From assembly GCF_009914755.1 (NCBI RefSeq), contig NC_060932.1: a stretch of 64,000 nucleotides of DNA, one strand, 5' to 3'. The position numbers and the translations under genes were made by a program. Below are positions 1 through 11,009 of this stretch, one piece after another (the first letter of the stretch is position 1; every line of letters begins with the position of its first letter). This DNA is from the human T2T-CHM13v2.0 reference genome, Homo sapiens. The notes beneath the pieces were generated by a model, which searched no databases, was not told the origin of the DNA, and saw nothing but the letters and a program-made list of their open reading frames with translations.

Positions 1-95
1 TCTGGAAACACCTACAGAGATACTAGAAAGAATGCTTTACCAGTTATTGAAGTATCCCTTAACCCAGTCAGATTGATACCTAAAACTAACCATCA
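1..95 (-). mobile_element. ERV-L 3' LTR (MLT2B-type), cut by the window edge
   Basis: Reverse complement reads TGATGGTTAGTTTTAGGTATCAATCTGACTGGGTTAAGGGATAC...CTGGTAAAGCATT, the MLT2 LTR start. It is preceded on the minus strand by a PPT-like GATAAGGAGTAGACT. Confidence 0.85.
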
Positions 96-2789
96 AAAGT
101 CTACTCCTTATCAGCTTAGCCACCCATAAGCACCTCTTTAAACTACATCTAACTTCCAAATAAAGACAATAAGATAATTGTTTCACCTAATATGATACAA
201 CTATCATGCATAAAACTAAAAATGCACTAATGCCTTAGAGAAGGTAGAGTTGTTGGATGATTCTTATGATACTCCATAACTTAAATACTATGATGAATAA
301 TTAATATGCAAACACAATATAAAGTCAAATCTTCCAAGATAAAGGAATAAGAGGAATGAAAACAAAGGTATTTACTTTATGCATATATATACAAAGAATA
401 GGAAGAAGATATGCGTGACAACTAGTCTTACTTCCTGTAATTGGTCGTGTGTTCATAGCTGACATTTATAACCAGGATTCTACTACCCATTCTGTATCTT
501 CTTTACCTCCCAGATGTATCTCAACTGGTCATGGTTCTTTACCTGATGGGGCAACCCAAATTTGTATTCAGTCTGGACCATTCCTAGTCTTTCCTGGATA
601 CGGTTGCTGTAATTTTCCAATGACATTAATCACAAGGCATGGTAACACTAAGATGTTCTAAGGACTCTCCTGTATTCCAGACATACTCTTCCTTAATTCC
701 ATTGTGGAATAGCATTTTGATGTCCCCTTGGCAGTTTGGATTAGTTACCCCAGCCAATGCTAACTCCTGTATTAGCCTGTTGACTGAGGTATGAGAAGCT
801 GAGATGGCTGGGTGGCAGTCTTGTCTTACAGTTCAGTGGAATCATTGTCTCCTGGTGGAAGCATTCCTCCCTCTGAAACTAAGACCTCTAGGCCAGCAGA
901 GCATAAATTTGCAAGAACAGGAAGCAAAAGCTTTGCTAGTGAGTGTCCACCACGGGTAATGGTGAAATAGTACCACTCCCATGTCCGCTCCTTGATTCCT
1001 GAACCCTGTGAATCCTGACTATCAGAGTTCCATTTCAATACGATATATATTGGATGCTGATTCAGAGCATATACAGCCTTCTGAAGACCCTTGTCCTAAC
1101 CCTATGAATTATTGTCACCTAGCTGGAACTGGAGATGTTTTGAAAAGGCTTTTCTGCTATTAAGCCAGCTGTTTTAGGATGGTGGGGAACATGGTAACAC
1201 CAGTGACTTCCATAAAAACGGGCCTGTTGCTGCACTACTTTGGCTGTGAACTGATTCCTTGGTCAGAAGCAGTGCTATGTGAAAGGACATGGCAGATAAG
1301 GCATCCTGTGATTCCATGGATAGTATTTTGTGGAAGAAGCATTGCATGCAGGGAAAGCAAATCCACATCCAGAGTAACTGTCTATTCCAGTAAGAACAAA
1401 ATGCTGTCCATTCTATAACAGAAGTGGTCCAATGAAATCAACCTGCCACTAGGTAGCTGGTTGATTACCCTGGGGAAATGGCACCATACTGGGGGCTCAG
1501 TGTTGGTCTCTGCTGCTGTCAGATTGGGCTCTCAGTGGAGGAAGTCTGTTAAGCCCATGTATAACCTCAATGTTTGCCACCATGGCCACTCCAAGTTCAT
1601 TGAGCAATTACAGTGGTGGCTGGGAAAAGAGGCTAACCCAGTATCCACATAACGGGTCCTTTCTATCCACCTGATCGTTAGTTTTTCTCTGCCAAGATCA
1701 CACCTCAGCGTTCACATGGGACACAAGTATCTTTACATCGTTTGCTTATGCAGATCTCTCCACTTACCATTTCCCTAAGTCTGTCAATTTTCCAGTTACT
1801 TTCCTTCCAAGTTCCTAATCATCTAGCCAAACCACTGGCTATAGCACATCTGTCCATTTCTCCTTCCAAAGTGCACAACCAGGTGAGCTGCCTGGGATTC
1901 TGCCCATCAGGAAAACTTCCTTCACCATTGTCCTTCAAGGATGTCCCAGAAAGGAGCTATAGTTATCTGCTTATGGGTGGTGCCTTCATATTGTGCAGAA
2001 CTATTTGGAAACCAAGCCCTTGTCTCCTGTCAACTGATCATAGGATATTCATGAGTCCATAGGTCCAGACAGTGAGAAGGCAGTGTAACTAGGAATGTTA
2101 ACTAGAAACAAGGTACTTCATGTAGAAATGGTTCATGAGGCTTTAAAGATGTCATCAGCTGAAGCATGGCTCTGAGTACTCAGTACAGGAGTATGGTATA
2201 TTGCTCAACCACTTCAAAGAAGGATGTTGCTTGGGACATTCTCCATATTTATGGCTGGCATTTGTGGAGAGAAGCCATGGGTAAGTGGGCCAATTTTTCA
2301 TGTAACTTGTGCCATCAGGACCTGCTTGGGCTGAGTCACACATACCCCTTTCATTTGCTGGAGTGCTGCTGTGCACACCCAAACTTATAGCTTGGTGGGT
2401 CAGATGATGATCAGTTTGTGATACGTAGCTCAGGTCTTATGGTAACTTGGTGGCCCACGGTCTAGTGTTCAGTTTCTAGTAAGGCATAGTAGCAGGCTAA
2501 AAGCTGCCTCAAAAGTTACCCGCAGATGGCAGACCCTTGCTCCAAAATCCTAAAGGTGGCCTCCACTGCAGTTCATCTATGAAGCCTTGCCAAGGGGTTC
2601 AAACAGTATCCTATCCACCCTGGACACCTCAAATGCCGTTGGATCTATTGGATCATATGTTCCAAGTGGCAGAGCAGCTTGTATAAAGCCTGGATATGTT
2701 GCAGAGTTCTCTTCTGTCCTGGGACCCACTTAAAACTAACAGCTTTTGGGGTCACTTACTGCCAGAGTAACACTCAAATGAGGAATGTG

Positions 2790-3781
2790 TTACATCCAAA
2801 ATCCAAATAGGCCCACTAGACATTGTGCTTCTTTCTTGGCTGTGAGAAGGGACAGATGCAACAACTTGCCCATCACCTGAGATGGGATATCTAAACAGGC
2901 TGCATGCCACTGAACCTCTAGAAATTCCACTGAGGTTGAAGGTCCTTGAATCTTAGATTTGTTTCCTGCCCCTGACATATAAATATCTTACCAATAAGTG
3001 CACATTAGTTGGTATTTCATGCTCACCAGGTCCAAATAACATAAGTTCACCAATGTAATGGACTAGTGTATCTTCTGGGAAGAAAAGGTGATCAAGATCC
3101 CTTGAACTAAATTACCACATAGGGTTAGAGTTGATACACCCATAAGATAAGACCAAGAAGGTGAAAAATATTACTTCTGGTGGGCCTTATGGACAGAAAC
3201 AGAGTAAAAGGCATTTGCCAGATGAATAGCTGCATACCAGGTACCAGGAGATATGTTAATTTGCTCAAGCAATGAAACCACATCAGGTACAGAAGCTATA
3301 ATTTCCATTCCCAAATTCTCTTGGTTAAGCTTAGTCATTCACTATCACTTTTTAGGATCCACGTGTTTTCTACACAGGCCAAATAAAGCTAAACAGGGAT
3401 GTAGTAGGAATCACTACCCCTGCATCCCAAGTCCCTGATGGTGTCACAAAGCTCTACAATCCTTCCAGGGGTTTGATACTATTCTTGACTTCATTTTCCT
3501 AGGTAGACACATGTCTAATGGTGTTCATCTTACCTTTCCTACACAATATCCTTGACCCCACAGGTTAGGGGATGAATGTGAGGATTCTGCCAGCTAAATG
3601 TTCGCTCGTTATGAGTTCTAGAACTGGGAAAATGACCACAGAATGGGCTCAGACCTGAGCTAAAATTCCATTAACTGCCTGACCTCCATAAGCCCCTTTT
3701 CTGACTGGAGTGCCACAGTGATGTTTTGGATCTCCTGGAATTAAAGTCAGTTCAGATCCAGTGTCCAGCAGTCCCTGAAAG
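2790..3781 (-). pseudogene. ERV-L protease/reverse transcriptase remnant
   Basis: The aspartic protease LDTGS motif is intact. The RT catalytic YIDD position reads LVHYIGEL (minus, ~3042-3066), so it is inactivated. Confidence 0.85.
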
Positions 3782-5526
3782 TTCTGATTCTCTGCTTTTC
3801 CCTGATGCAGTTTCCCTGGTTAAAGGCTGTAAGTCCCTTTGGGGGAAGAATGGGAGACAGGTTAATATACAAACTTCTGGTGCTGGACTGGGGTCCGTCC
3901 TGGAGGGGATCTGGCTTCCCCTTTATTCAATAGGTTCTAGGTTCATAAACTGGCTCAAGTCTGGGAATCTACTGAGGGACTATGATTCCATTTTGATTCT
4001 GTTTGAGTCAGACTGCTCGTTTGACCTGGAAGTCTCCTGGTTATACAGACTAACTAAAAATTTAGTAGGCTTTCTGTTTCACTTCTAGAAACATTATCTA
4101 GCCAAGGCCATGGATCTACGTAATTCAGATTGTTGGTCTCTGACAATTGTGATGACTGTGTCCAGTTTGTCTTTGCATACCACCACTTGGCCCCTACCAC
4201 CCCAAGACCTAATTATTTCCACCACATTTAAGTTGTCCAGTTCAGTGGCAGTGGTTCTCCCTATAAGATCTGGTCCACAAAGAACAAATATGAAGCTCTT
4301 CAGGGATGCTAGGGCTTCCGTCAAATCTATTAGAGTATTAGCAAAAGGTATGTCTTCCAGACCCTCTCAGTATGAGTCAGCAGGTTTTAAGTGACAAACA
4401 CTTCCTAGTATTTCAACCGCCCTAAGCCTTTTAATTCATGCCTCACCTTAATCCAAGGAAGACCAGGCATCTCCAGCTAGCTCAGTGGGTCATCCATTCA
4501 CATCTTGGCCAACCAGTGCCTTTTCTAACTCTCCAAGCTGCAATGTTAAATGCAAAATCTCTGCTTAGTGGGCCCATATGAATACATCTAGCCTGATCCA
4601 ACTTTGTTTCTTTTCATGATTACCCCAAACCCTCAATATCCATTCCCTCATATGTTCCCCAGATATGTTTGTATAATTAGAAAACTCAGTTCTTTTGGGT
4701 AGCATACCACTTCATGAGTCATACTTTCTCATCTTTTGGGAGCCTGCTGGGGCATGAGTCTAGTTACAGGTCTCGAAGCAAAAAGGAATATAGGGTGGAT
4801 CCTGAGGAGAATTGGCATTCTTTTCTGGCAACCTCCTCAGGGAGGCTATTACTCTTTTCTCAGGCAATGCAGAGTTAATCTCAGAGGTAAAAAGCTGGCT
4901 ACCACTGGGTGGGGTAAAGATGTCATTGTCCCTGACAAACAAGGCTCATCGGGATTTTAGGCACTCTATGTCTCCAGCTTCATCAGGATGTTCCCAGCTG
5001 TCCCCATCCCAACTTACAGGATTCCATTCTTTCCCAACCAATGCCCTCACTTTAAAAGACACTGTGCGAGGCTGAGAGTTCAACTTCTGTTGTAATTCAG
5101 CCACTCACCTGAGGGTTTTTGTTTTACTTCTTAGGAATTTCAGCTCTGGCTACTGGAGAGATCAACTTGGGTCACACTTAGATGCTCAACCACTTAGGCT
5201 ATTTGGAGCTGGAGTTGGGAAATTGAATTCCTGAACCTCATCATTTCCTCACTTTGTCCAGTGATGTTAGGATCAACCAACATTCATATTCCTTTGTTTT
5301 CTACAAATGTTTGAAAATATATGCGGAGTCACCAATATGCAGAGTCACCAAGCTCCTTGCCTCATAAGTGGTGAATTACTTACAAATACTTATTTTGTTC
5401 ATCTCTCTAGTTCATGCCATGGGCTATCAATGTTCTCTATACTACTAGAGTCCTTAGAATTTTGGGATCTTATAAGAGAGCCAACTCCAGATACTTAAGA
5501 AAATCTACATGTAAATGTTCTTCTTT

Positions 5527-5539
5527 ACTCCTGGTACCA
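5527..5539 (-). promoter_or_regulatory. ERV-L primer binding site (tRNA-Leu type)
   Basis: Minus strand TGGTACCAGGAGT directly follows the 5' LTR, as in ERV-L elements. Confidence 0.8.
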
Positions 5540-5540
5540 A

Positions 5541-6008
5541 TATATATTAAGGCTCTCTAGACGTAGAACCAGTAAGTTATGTAGATACATGAAAGGAGAC
5601 TTAATAGGGGAATTGGATCCTTCAGCTATGAAGGTTGAAAAGTCCCATGCCAGGCTGTCTACAAGCTTGGAGGCCTTGGGAAGCTGGTAGTGAGGCTCAG
5701 ACCACATTGGTAAGGCCTAAACACTCAGGGGGCCACTAGTGTAAATTCTGCAGTCCAAAGGCTGAAAAGCCTGGAATTCTGATTTCCAAGGGCAGGAAAA
5801 ACAGTAATTCCAGCTCAGACCAGTTTGTCTTGTTCAGGGCCCCAGCTGATTGAATGGTGCATGCCCACATTGAGGGCAGATCATTCCCACTCAGTCCACT
5901 AACTCGCACTTCAATATTCTCTGAAAACACCCTCGTAGACATACCCCAAATTGTCTTACCCATTCCCTAGGTATTCCTTAATCCAGTCAACAACCATTAA
6001 CCAGCACA
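5541..6008 (-). mobile_element. ERV-L 5' LTR (MLT2B-type)
   Basis: Minus strand begins TGTGCTGGTTAAT...TTGACTGGATTAAGGAATACC...AGTGGACTGAGTGGGAATGATCTGCCCTCAATGTGGGC and ends next to the PBS. Confidence 0.88.
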
Positions 6009-6329
6009 GGCCTATATAGAGGGTAGTCCAGAATATCCCTCTATTAACACTCAGCTTCTGCTAGGTAACAGATCTTGATGGAGGGCTGCATAATTAGAGT
6101 TGTGTCAGCAGGAGTCAGTCTTGGATTGGAGTATTTAAGGGCCTGGTGGCTGGAGAATGATAGTTTTCTCTGATCTCTGCCTCTTCTCTGAAAACTAAAC
6201 TGAAATGTTCGAAATAGGCATGCTGAAGAGCCTTGTGAATCTCAGCTGACTCATCTTCCCATTGGTCTCATGAGAGACGGACTTCCTCTGTGTGGGATTA
6301 TCAGTGAATGTGGAATCTTTCCAGCCATT

Positions 6330-7970
6330 ATATCTACAGAGTTGCCGAACTCCCTAAAATGCTGGGTGTGAATTTCATTCTACAGGTTCTAGGGGCACAA
6401 AGTAGTGCGCATTGAGTGATGTTCTATACTAGCTAAACCTTCCATGTGCCTTTACTTGTTCTTACTGCAGCAGGGCCTTTATATCTAAGCACAGGTGACT
6501 GACATTCCTGGTGATGTCATAAACCATTGCTCTTAGCTTTTTACACTTCTGAAATCTAGAACTTGCTTGATGGAGGGTCCCATGAGCCTATTGCTCCTGG
6601 CTTCATTTTCAAAAGCTATTGTATACACTAGAAGCGTGTTTTTCACATAAGCCCTGATTTTGCTGTAGGATTGAAAAATTGATTTATCCTCCCCTCAGTT
6701 GAATTTGAGCCACAACATAAAAGTGACGGGACAAGACAGGAATCAAGGAGTTTTCCTGATGTGAAAGCTTTGAGTCACAGTTGGATGTTGATTTGATGGG
6801 GATGAATGTTTAGTTTGAGGTCAACCAAGTTAGCTGTGAATGGAGCTCAGGTGTCTATGGTGACACTAACATCCTGGCTGGTAGCAGTCGCTCCCCCTTC
6901 TATGATAGTTGTAATGACCAGTTGTTTGTTTCCCCAAGTGGCCCGGAGGCAGCCCAGCCTGTCCTTCATGCTGTCTTGTGTTTGTTTCCTAGGATCTTAG
7001 TGGTAGAGAGAGGCATGACATAGGTGGAAACCAATTCTGCTCTTTTCAAAACATGGCCCTACGTGCGGGAGGGAAATGTTTATATATAGACATATATGTA
7101 TAGAGGTGTCTTCAATCAGTCCTATGGGGCAAGATTCACATAAGTAGAGACCAGAAGACTCATGGAACCTGGTTTATTTCCAAAATCCTCAGGAGAAGGG
7201 GAGCAGATACTTCTGAAAAAGACTATATCATAAGCTAAATTTCTTGTTACAGGGGATTCTTGAAACTTACTATTCCCTGACTATGTTTACAAAACAAAGT
7301 ACTTGCAAAAATATTGACATCCCAATGTATACTTGGGAGTACTTACATCAAAGTAAAACTAAGTATTCATCCAGACAAATTGAATGTTTGTCTCTTGTGG
7401 GAACATTAGCAGTGGAGGGTTAAAACTTGTACTTTCTAGCCTCAGCCAGGTTTGCGTGGTCAGGTCTGCAGGTTCAGGATTCCTTAGGGCCAGGCTGAGA
7501 TATGCTTCTTTGTAATGGGAAGAATGAGGTCAGAGGGCAGAGGCTCTGTTATGACCACATAGGTACAAGGATTAAGGAACTGCAGACAATTTAGGAAGGA
7601 GTCTCATTTAGGAAGGAATGGGGTGGTGGTATTACATCTACTTAGGTCAAAATTGACACCAACTGCTCTGCTATTGAGCTTGGAGGTGGTAGAGGCAGCA
7701 CTCAGCAACCTTTGCTGAAATAAAATATAGGTCAATAAAACTTGATATGAGGACGGACAAAGTGTGACACCCCATTGTCTAGGATGGCTCAGGGCATGTT
7801 TGAGCCTCTAACATTGGAGTTTCCTCCATGTGAAACTTGGGTATCCTTGTCAGGTCTGGGCTAACCCAGGCCTGCCTAAGAAACCTGAAGTCTATCTTCT
7901 CAGGCTCCTGTGGCTCTTTGCAGAGTTAAGATACATGTGAAACACAATTACAGCCTCATTGTGGAACAGC
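6330..7970 (+). repeat. Macro-repeat core module (A-B-C), copy 1
   Basis: Colinear with 9290-11010 (L1 inserted), 17285-18300 (A-B only), 23955-24930 (B-C), 28405-29930, 32230-33840 and 43880-45570. Confidence 0.9.
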
Positions 7971-8875
7971 CGTGGAGTGGTATTTTGAAAGACATTACGT
8001 CTCCAAATTGCTTTGGGTAGTATAAACGTTACAACACTGATTCTAAAACTTCAGAAGATAGTCATGTCTAGGACTAGGCGGTTCCTGAATTCTCATGATC
8101 CAAGTCATGTTTCATCTTCAGATAATGAAACTGAAGCCCAAAAGGGAGGTGCCTTGCCCAGCTCTCCTGCTGCAGGCACTTACCTGTGCTGAATCCAATA
8201 CGAGGGTCAAGATGGCTGGGGTAAGAGCATAACTTGGCATCAGATACCCTTCTGTAATTCACTGGTTGGATTGCCCGGAATAAAGTTCGTAAACCTTCTG
8301 AATCTATTATACCTCACTGGTAAAATGGACTGCTAATCCCCTCATAAAACCAAGAACTAAAAGATGTAATTCATGTGGAATATTTTGGATGAATGTCTAG
8401 CACAGAATAAGTTTCAATAACTGATAGCTGTCTACAATTCAGTACAATTCCCTTCACCATACACCACCATACCATCAATCCTTTGCCAAAGATTTGCATG
8501 ACTGATCATAAGTTATTCTCCAAAAAAGTATACCCTCATATCTATTACAGAAAGCTGCTAATCATACTAGTTAAATCTCATCCTATGTTTTGATTTCTAT
8601 AAGCTAATATGAATGTTTACGGAAGACCGTCTCTCACAGGCTGTCAGGTACCCTTGTATATTTAACTTCATATGCTCTAATACTCATCAGTTCATCTGGG
8701 TCAATACTAAAATCATCTATTTAGGTGAGGATTATAAGATTCACAGGAATGACATAAACATGCCTCTTAGTAACCTGAGTCAAAATCTGAAAGTCTGACA
8801 CCTTGGAGTTTTTCCCCACCCTCACACTAGGTATACAAAACAATGCTGCTAACACATCAGACTGAGTGGCTCAGG
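7970..8875 (+). repeat. Macro-repeat module E (short L1 remnant plus MIR-derived sequence), copy 1
   Basis: Paralogs at ~21510-22440, 29950-30880 and 45575-46500 share GTGCTGAATC, CATAAYTYRGCA, TTCATGTGG, TTTGCCAAAGAT and CCAAAGTCTGA. MIR-like GATAATGAAACTGAAGCCCA and TGTAAAAATGG are present. Confidence 0.85.
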
Positions 8876-9587
8876 GGTAAGAATCATGCCCAGGGTGAAT
8901 GAGATCTTGTCAGGATGTGAATGTTGGGCTCCAATGTTCTCAGGGTATCTTGATCAAACCATCTTCAAAAGCTGAAATTGAAAACATGGAAATCACCCTG
9001 TTTAAAGGAATAATCTGGAACACTTCATTAATAACTAGTTTCTTTTGGGTCATAAAAAATGATATCCTTGAAGTTTTGTATAACCAGGTGAATTGAGTTC
9101 AGTGGGAGTGAATCTTGGAGAATGAGAAACCTAGGGGCTGAAATGCAAGAGAGCTAGCTCATCTTGATCTATTATCTGGGAAAATTAAACTGGACTGTGT
9201 TACAAAATAGGTGTGTTGAAGGGCTGGAAGAGTCAGCTGAGTGGTGGTAGAGGTTTTCCTGTGTGTTTGGATTCTCATCTGTCACATCCATTGAAGTACA
9301 GAGTTACCACTTCCTTAAACTACTGGGTACAAAATTATTCTATAGGCTCAATGGGCACAAAGTGTAGTGTACATGGTCTACGTCTCACATTATCTAATGC
9401 CTTCCACCCCTGTGTGCTGCTGCTTCTGTGCTTAGATTCAGAGCAGCAGGCACTCTGTGGCCAATTACAAGTGACTGGCTCTAAGGGTGGTGAGATCTAA
9501 ACTGTGGTTCCTGCCTTTCTGAGCTTCATAAACTGATATCTAGGAGTTGTCACTGATAGAAGCCCATGAGCTTTTGCTCCTGGTTTC

Positions 9588-9899
9588 TTTTTTTTTAAAA
9601 TTTATTATACTTTAAGTTCTAGGATACATGTACATGCAGAGTGTACAGGTTTGTTACATAGGCATACATGTGCCATGGTCGTTTGATGTACCCATCAACC
9701 TGTTATCTACATTAGGTATTTCTCCTAATGCTATCCCTCCCCTAGCCCCCCATGCCCCGACAGGCCGCGGTGTGTGATGTTCCCCTCCCTGTGTCCATGT
9801 GTTCTCATTTCTCAACTCCCACTTATGAGTGAGAACATGCGGTGTTTGGTTTTCTGTTCTTGTGTTAGTTTGCTGAGAATGCAGAGACATGGATGAAGC
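9588..9899 (-). mobile_element. 5'-truncated L1PA 3' end with a tiny 5' inversion
   Basis: Poly(T) plus TTATTATACTTTAAGTTCTAGG...GTTAGTTTGCTGAGAATG, then L1-sense GCAGAGACATGGATGAAGC (9881-9899). Degenerate TSD CTGGTTTC / CCAGTTTC. Confidence 0.9.
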
Positions 9900-11009
9900 C
9901 AGTTTCCTTTTCAAAAGCGATTGTATATACTGACCAAATCCAGGCGTTTCTTCTTTCGTAGAGAGTTTGTGGCTAATTGTAGCACCCAAGTGGGCCAGGA
10001 AGAACATCCAGGCCTATCCAGACCAAACCACCTCAGGTTTGTTTCTTGGGATTTTGGTGCTGGGCACACAGATCAGGGAAGACAAGGCAGAAACAGGTCT
10101 GTGGGTTTGAAAGGAGCCATCTCTATAGACATGAAAGTGCTTCAACCATGTTTCAGTGTTCAGGTTCACATAACTGCAGGCTGCCAACGTGCATCCATAG
10201 AATCTGGTTTCTAACAAGAACTAGGACACTCAAAAGAGGAACAAATGTTCTGAAAGGAGACTGTGTCGTTGACTCGGCTACAGAGGAGGAAGGATTTTGA
10301 CAAATCTTCTATGTAAACAAAACTGAGAAAGTACTTGTGAAAATGTCAAACCAAAGATCTCTCTAGTACATTTAAGACAATGTAAAATTTATCCAGAAAA
10401 ATTGGATGTTTGTCTACAATATATCCATAGTGGCAAAACTAGCAGTGAAGGGTTGTTGAGTCTTGCACTTCCCATTCAGGGTTCACACAGGTTTGCAGGC
10501 TTGGGGCTCCCTGGGGTTGGTGCTCTCCTCTACTCAGATGTGCTCCTTTGTAACAGGAAGAATAAAGTCAGAAGGCAGATGATCCCTCATGAGTGCATTG
10601 GGACCAAGACGAGGGGACTGAAGATAACTTGGAAGTGTTCAGAAAAGGATGGATGAATGACACTTGACTAGGGCAAAATGAGCACGAACAGTTCTATTGG
10701 GCATATGAGGTGGGAAGCACAGTACTTGGTATCCTTTGAAATGAAATATACCAGGTCAATTAGACTTTATGTGAGAGAAGAGACAAGGAAAGTGACATCC
10801 TTTCATCCAGGACAGGTCAGTGCAGGTGGTCATCTAAGTTTCTTCCACATAAGAGCTTTGATAAGTTCCTACTTCTCAAGCTGTGTTGATCCAGGTCTGC
10901 CTATAAAAATGACTTGAAGTCTGTCTTCTCACAGCTTCTATGGCTGGTTTTTGCCAAGCTCTAGAGTTAAGATAAATGGGGAGAATGTTGTCAAACTCCT
11001 GAACAGCCC

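Larger units (their letters stand above)
96..5540 (-). mobile_element. ERV-L internal region (ERVL-B4-like): decayed gag-pro-pol-dUTPase, no env
   Basis: Protease motif FQGLLDTGSELTLIPGDPKH at 3721-3780 (minus). RT segment KIQGPSTSVEFLEVQW...KKEAQCLVGLFGFW (ORF 2790-2978). dUTPase-like LCSAGLEVLVSEGGMLPPGD (ORF 826-1038). Flanked by two MLT2 LTRs, with many stops and frameshifts. Confidence 0.92.

Noticed and set aside
8899-9096. Paralogous small ORFs (8899-9096 and 27978-28163)
   Set aside because: Similarity is explained by DNA duplication. Starts and stops differ and no matching ORF appears in the other two module I copies.
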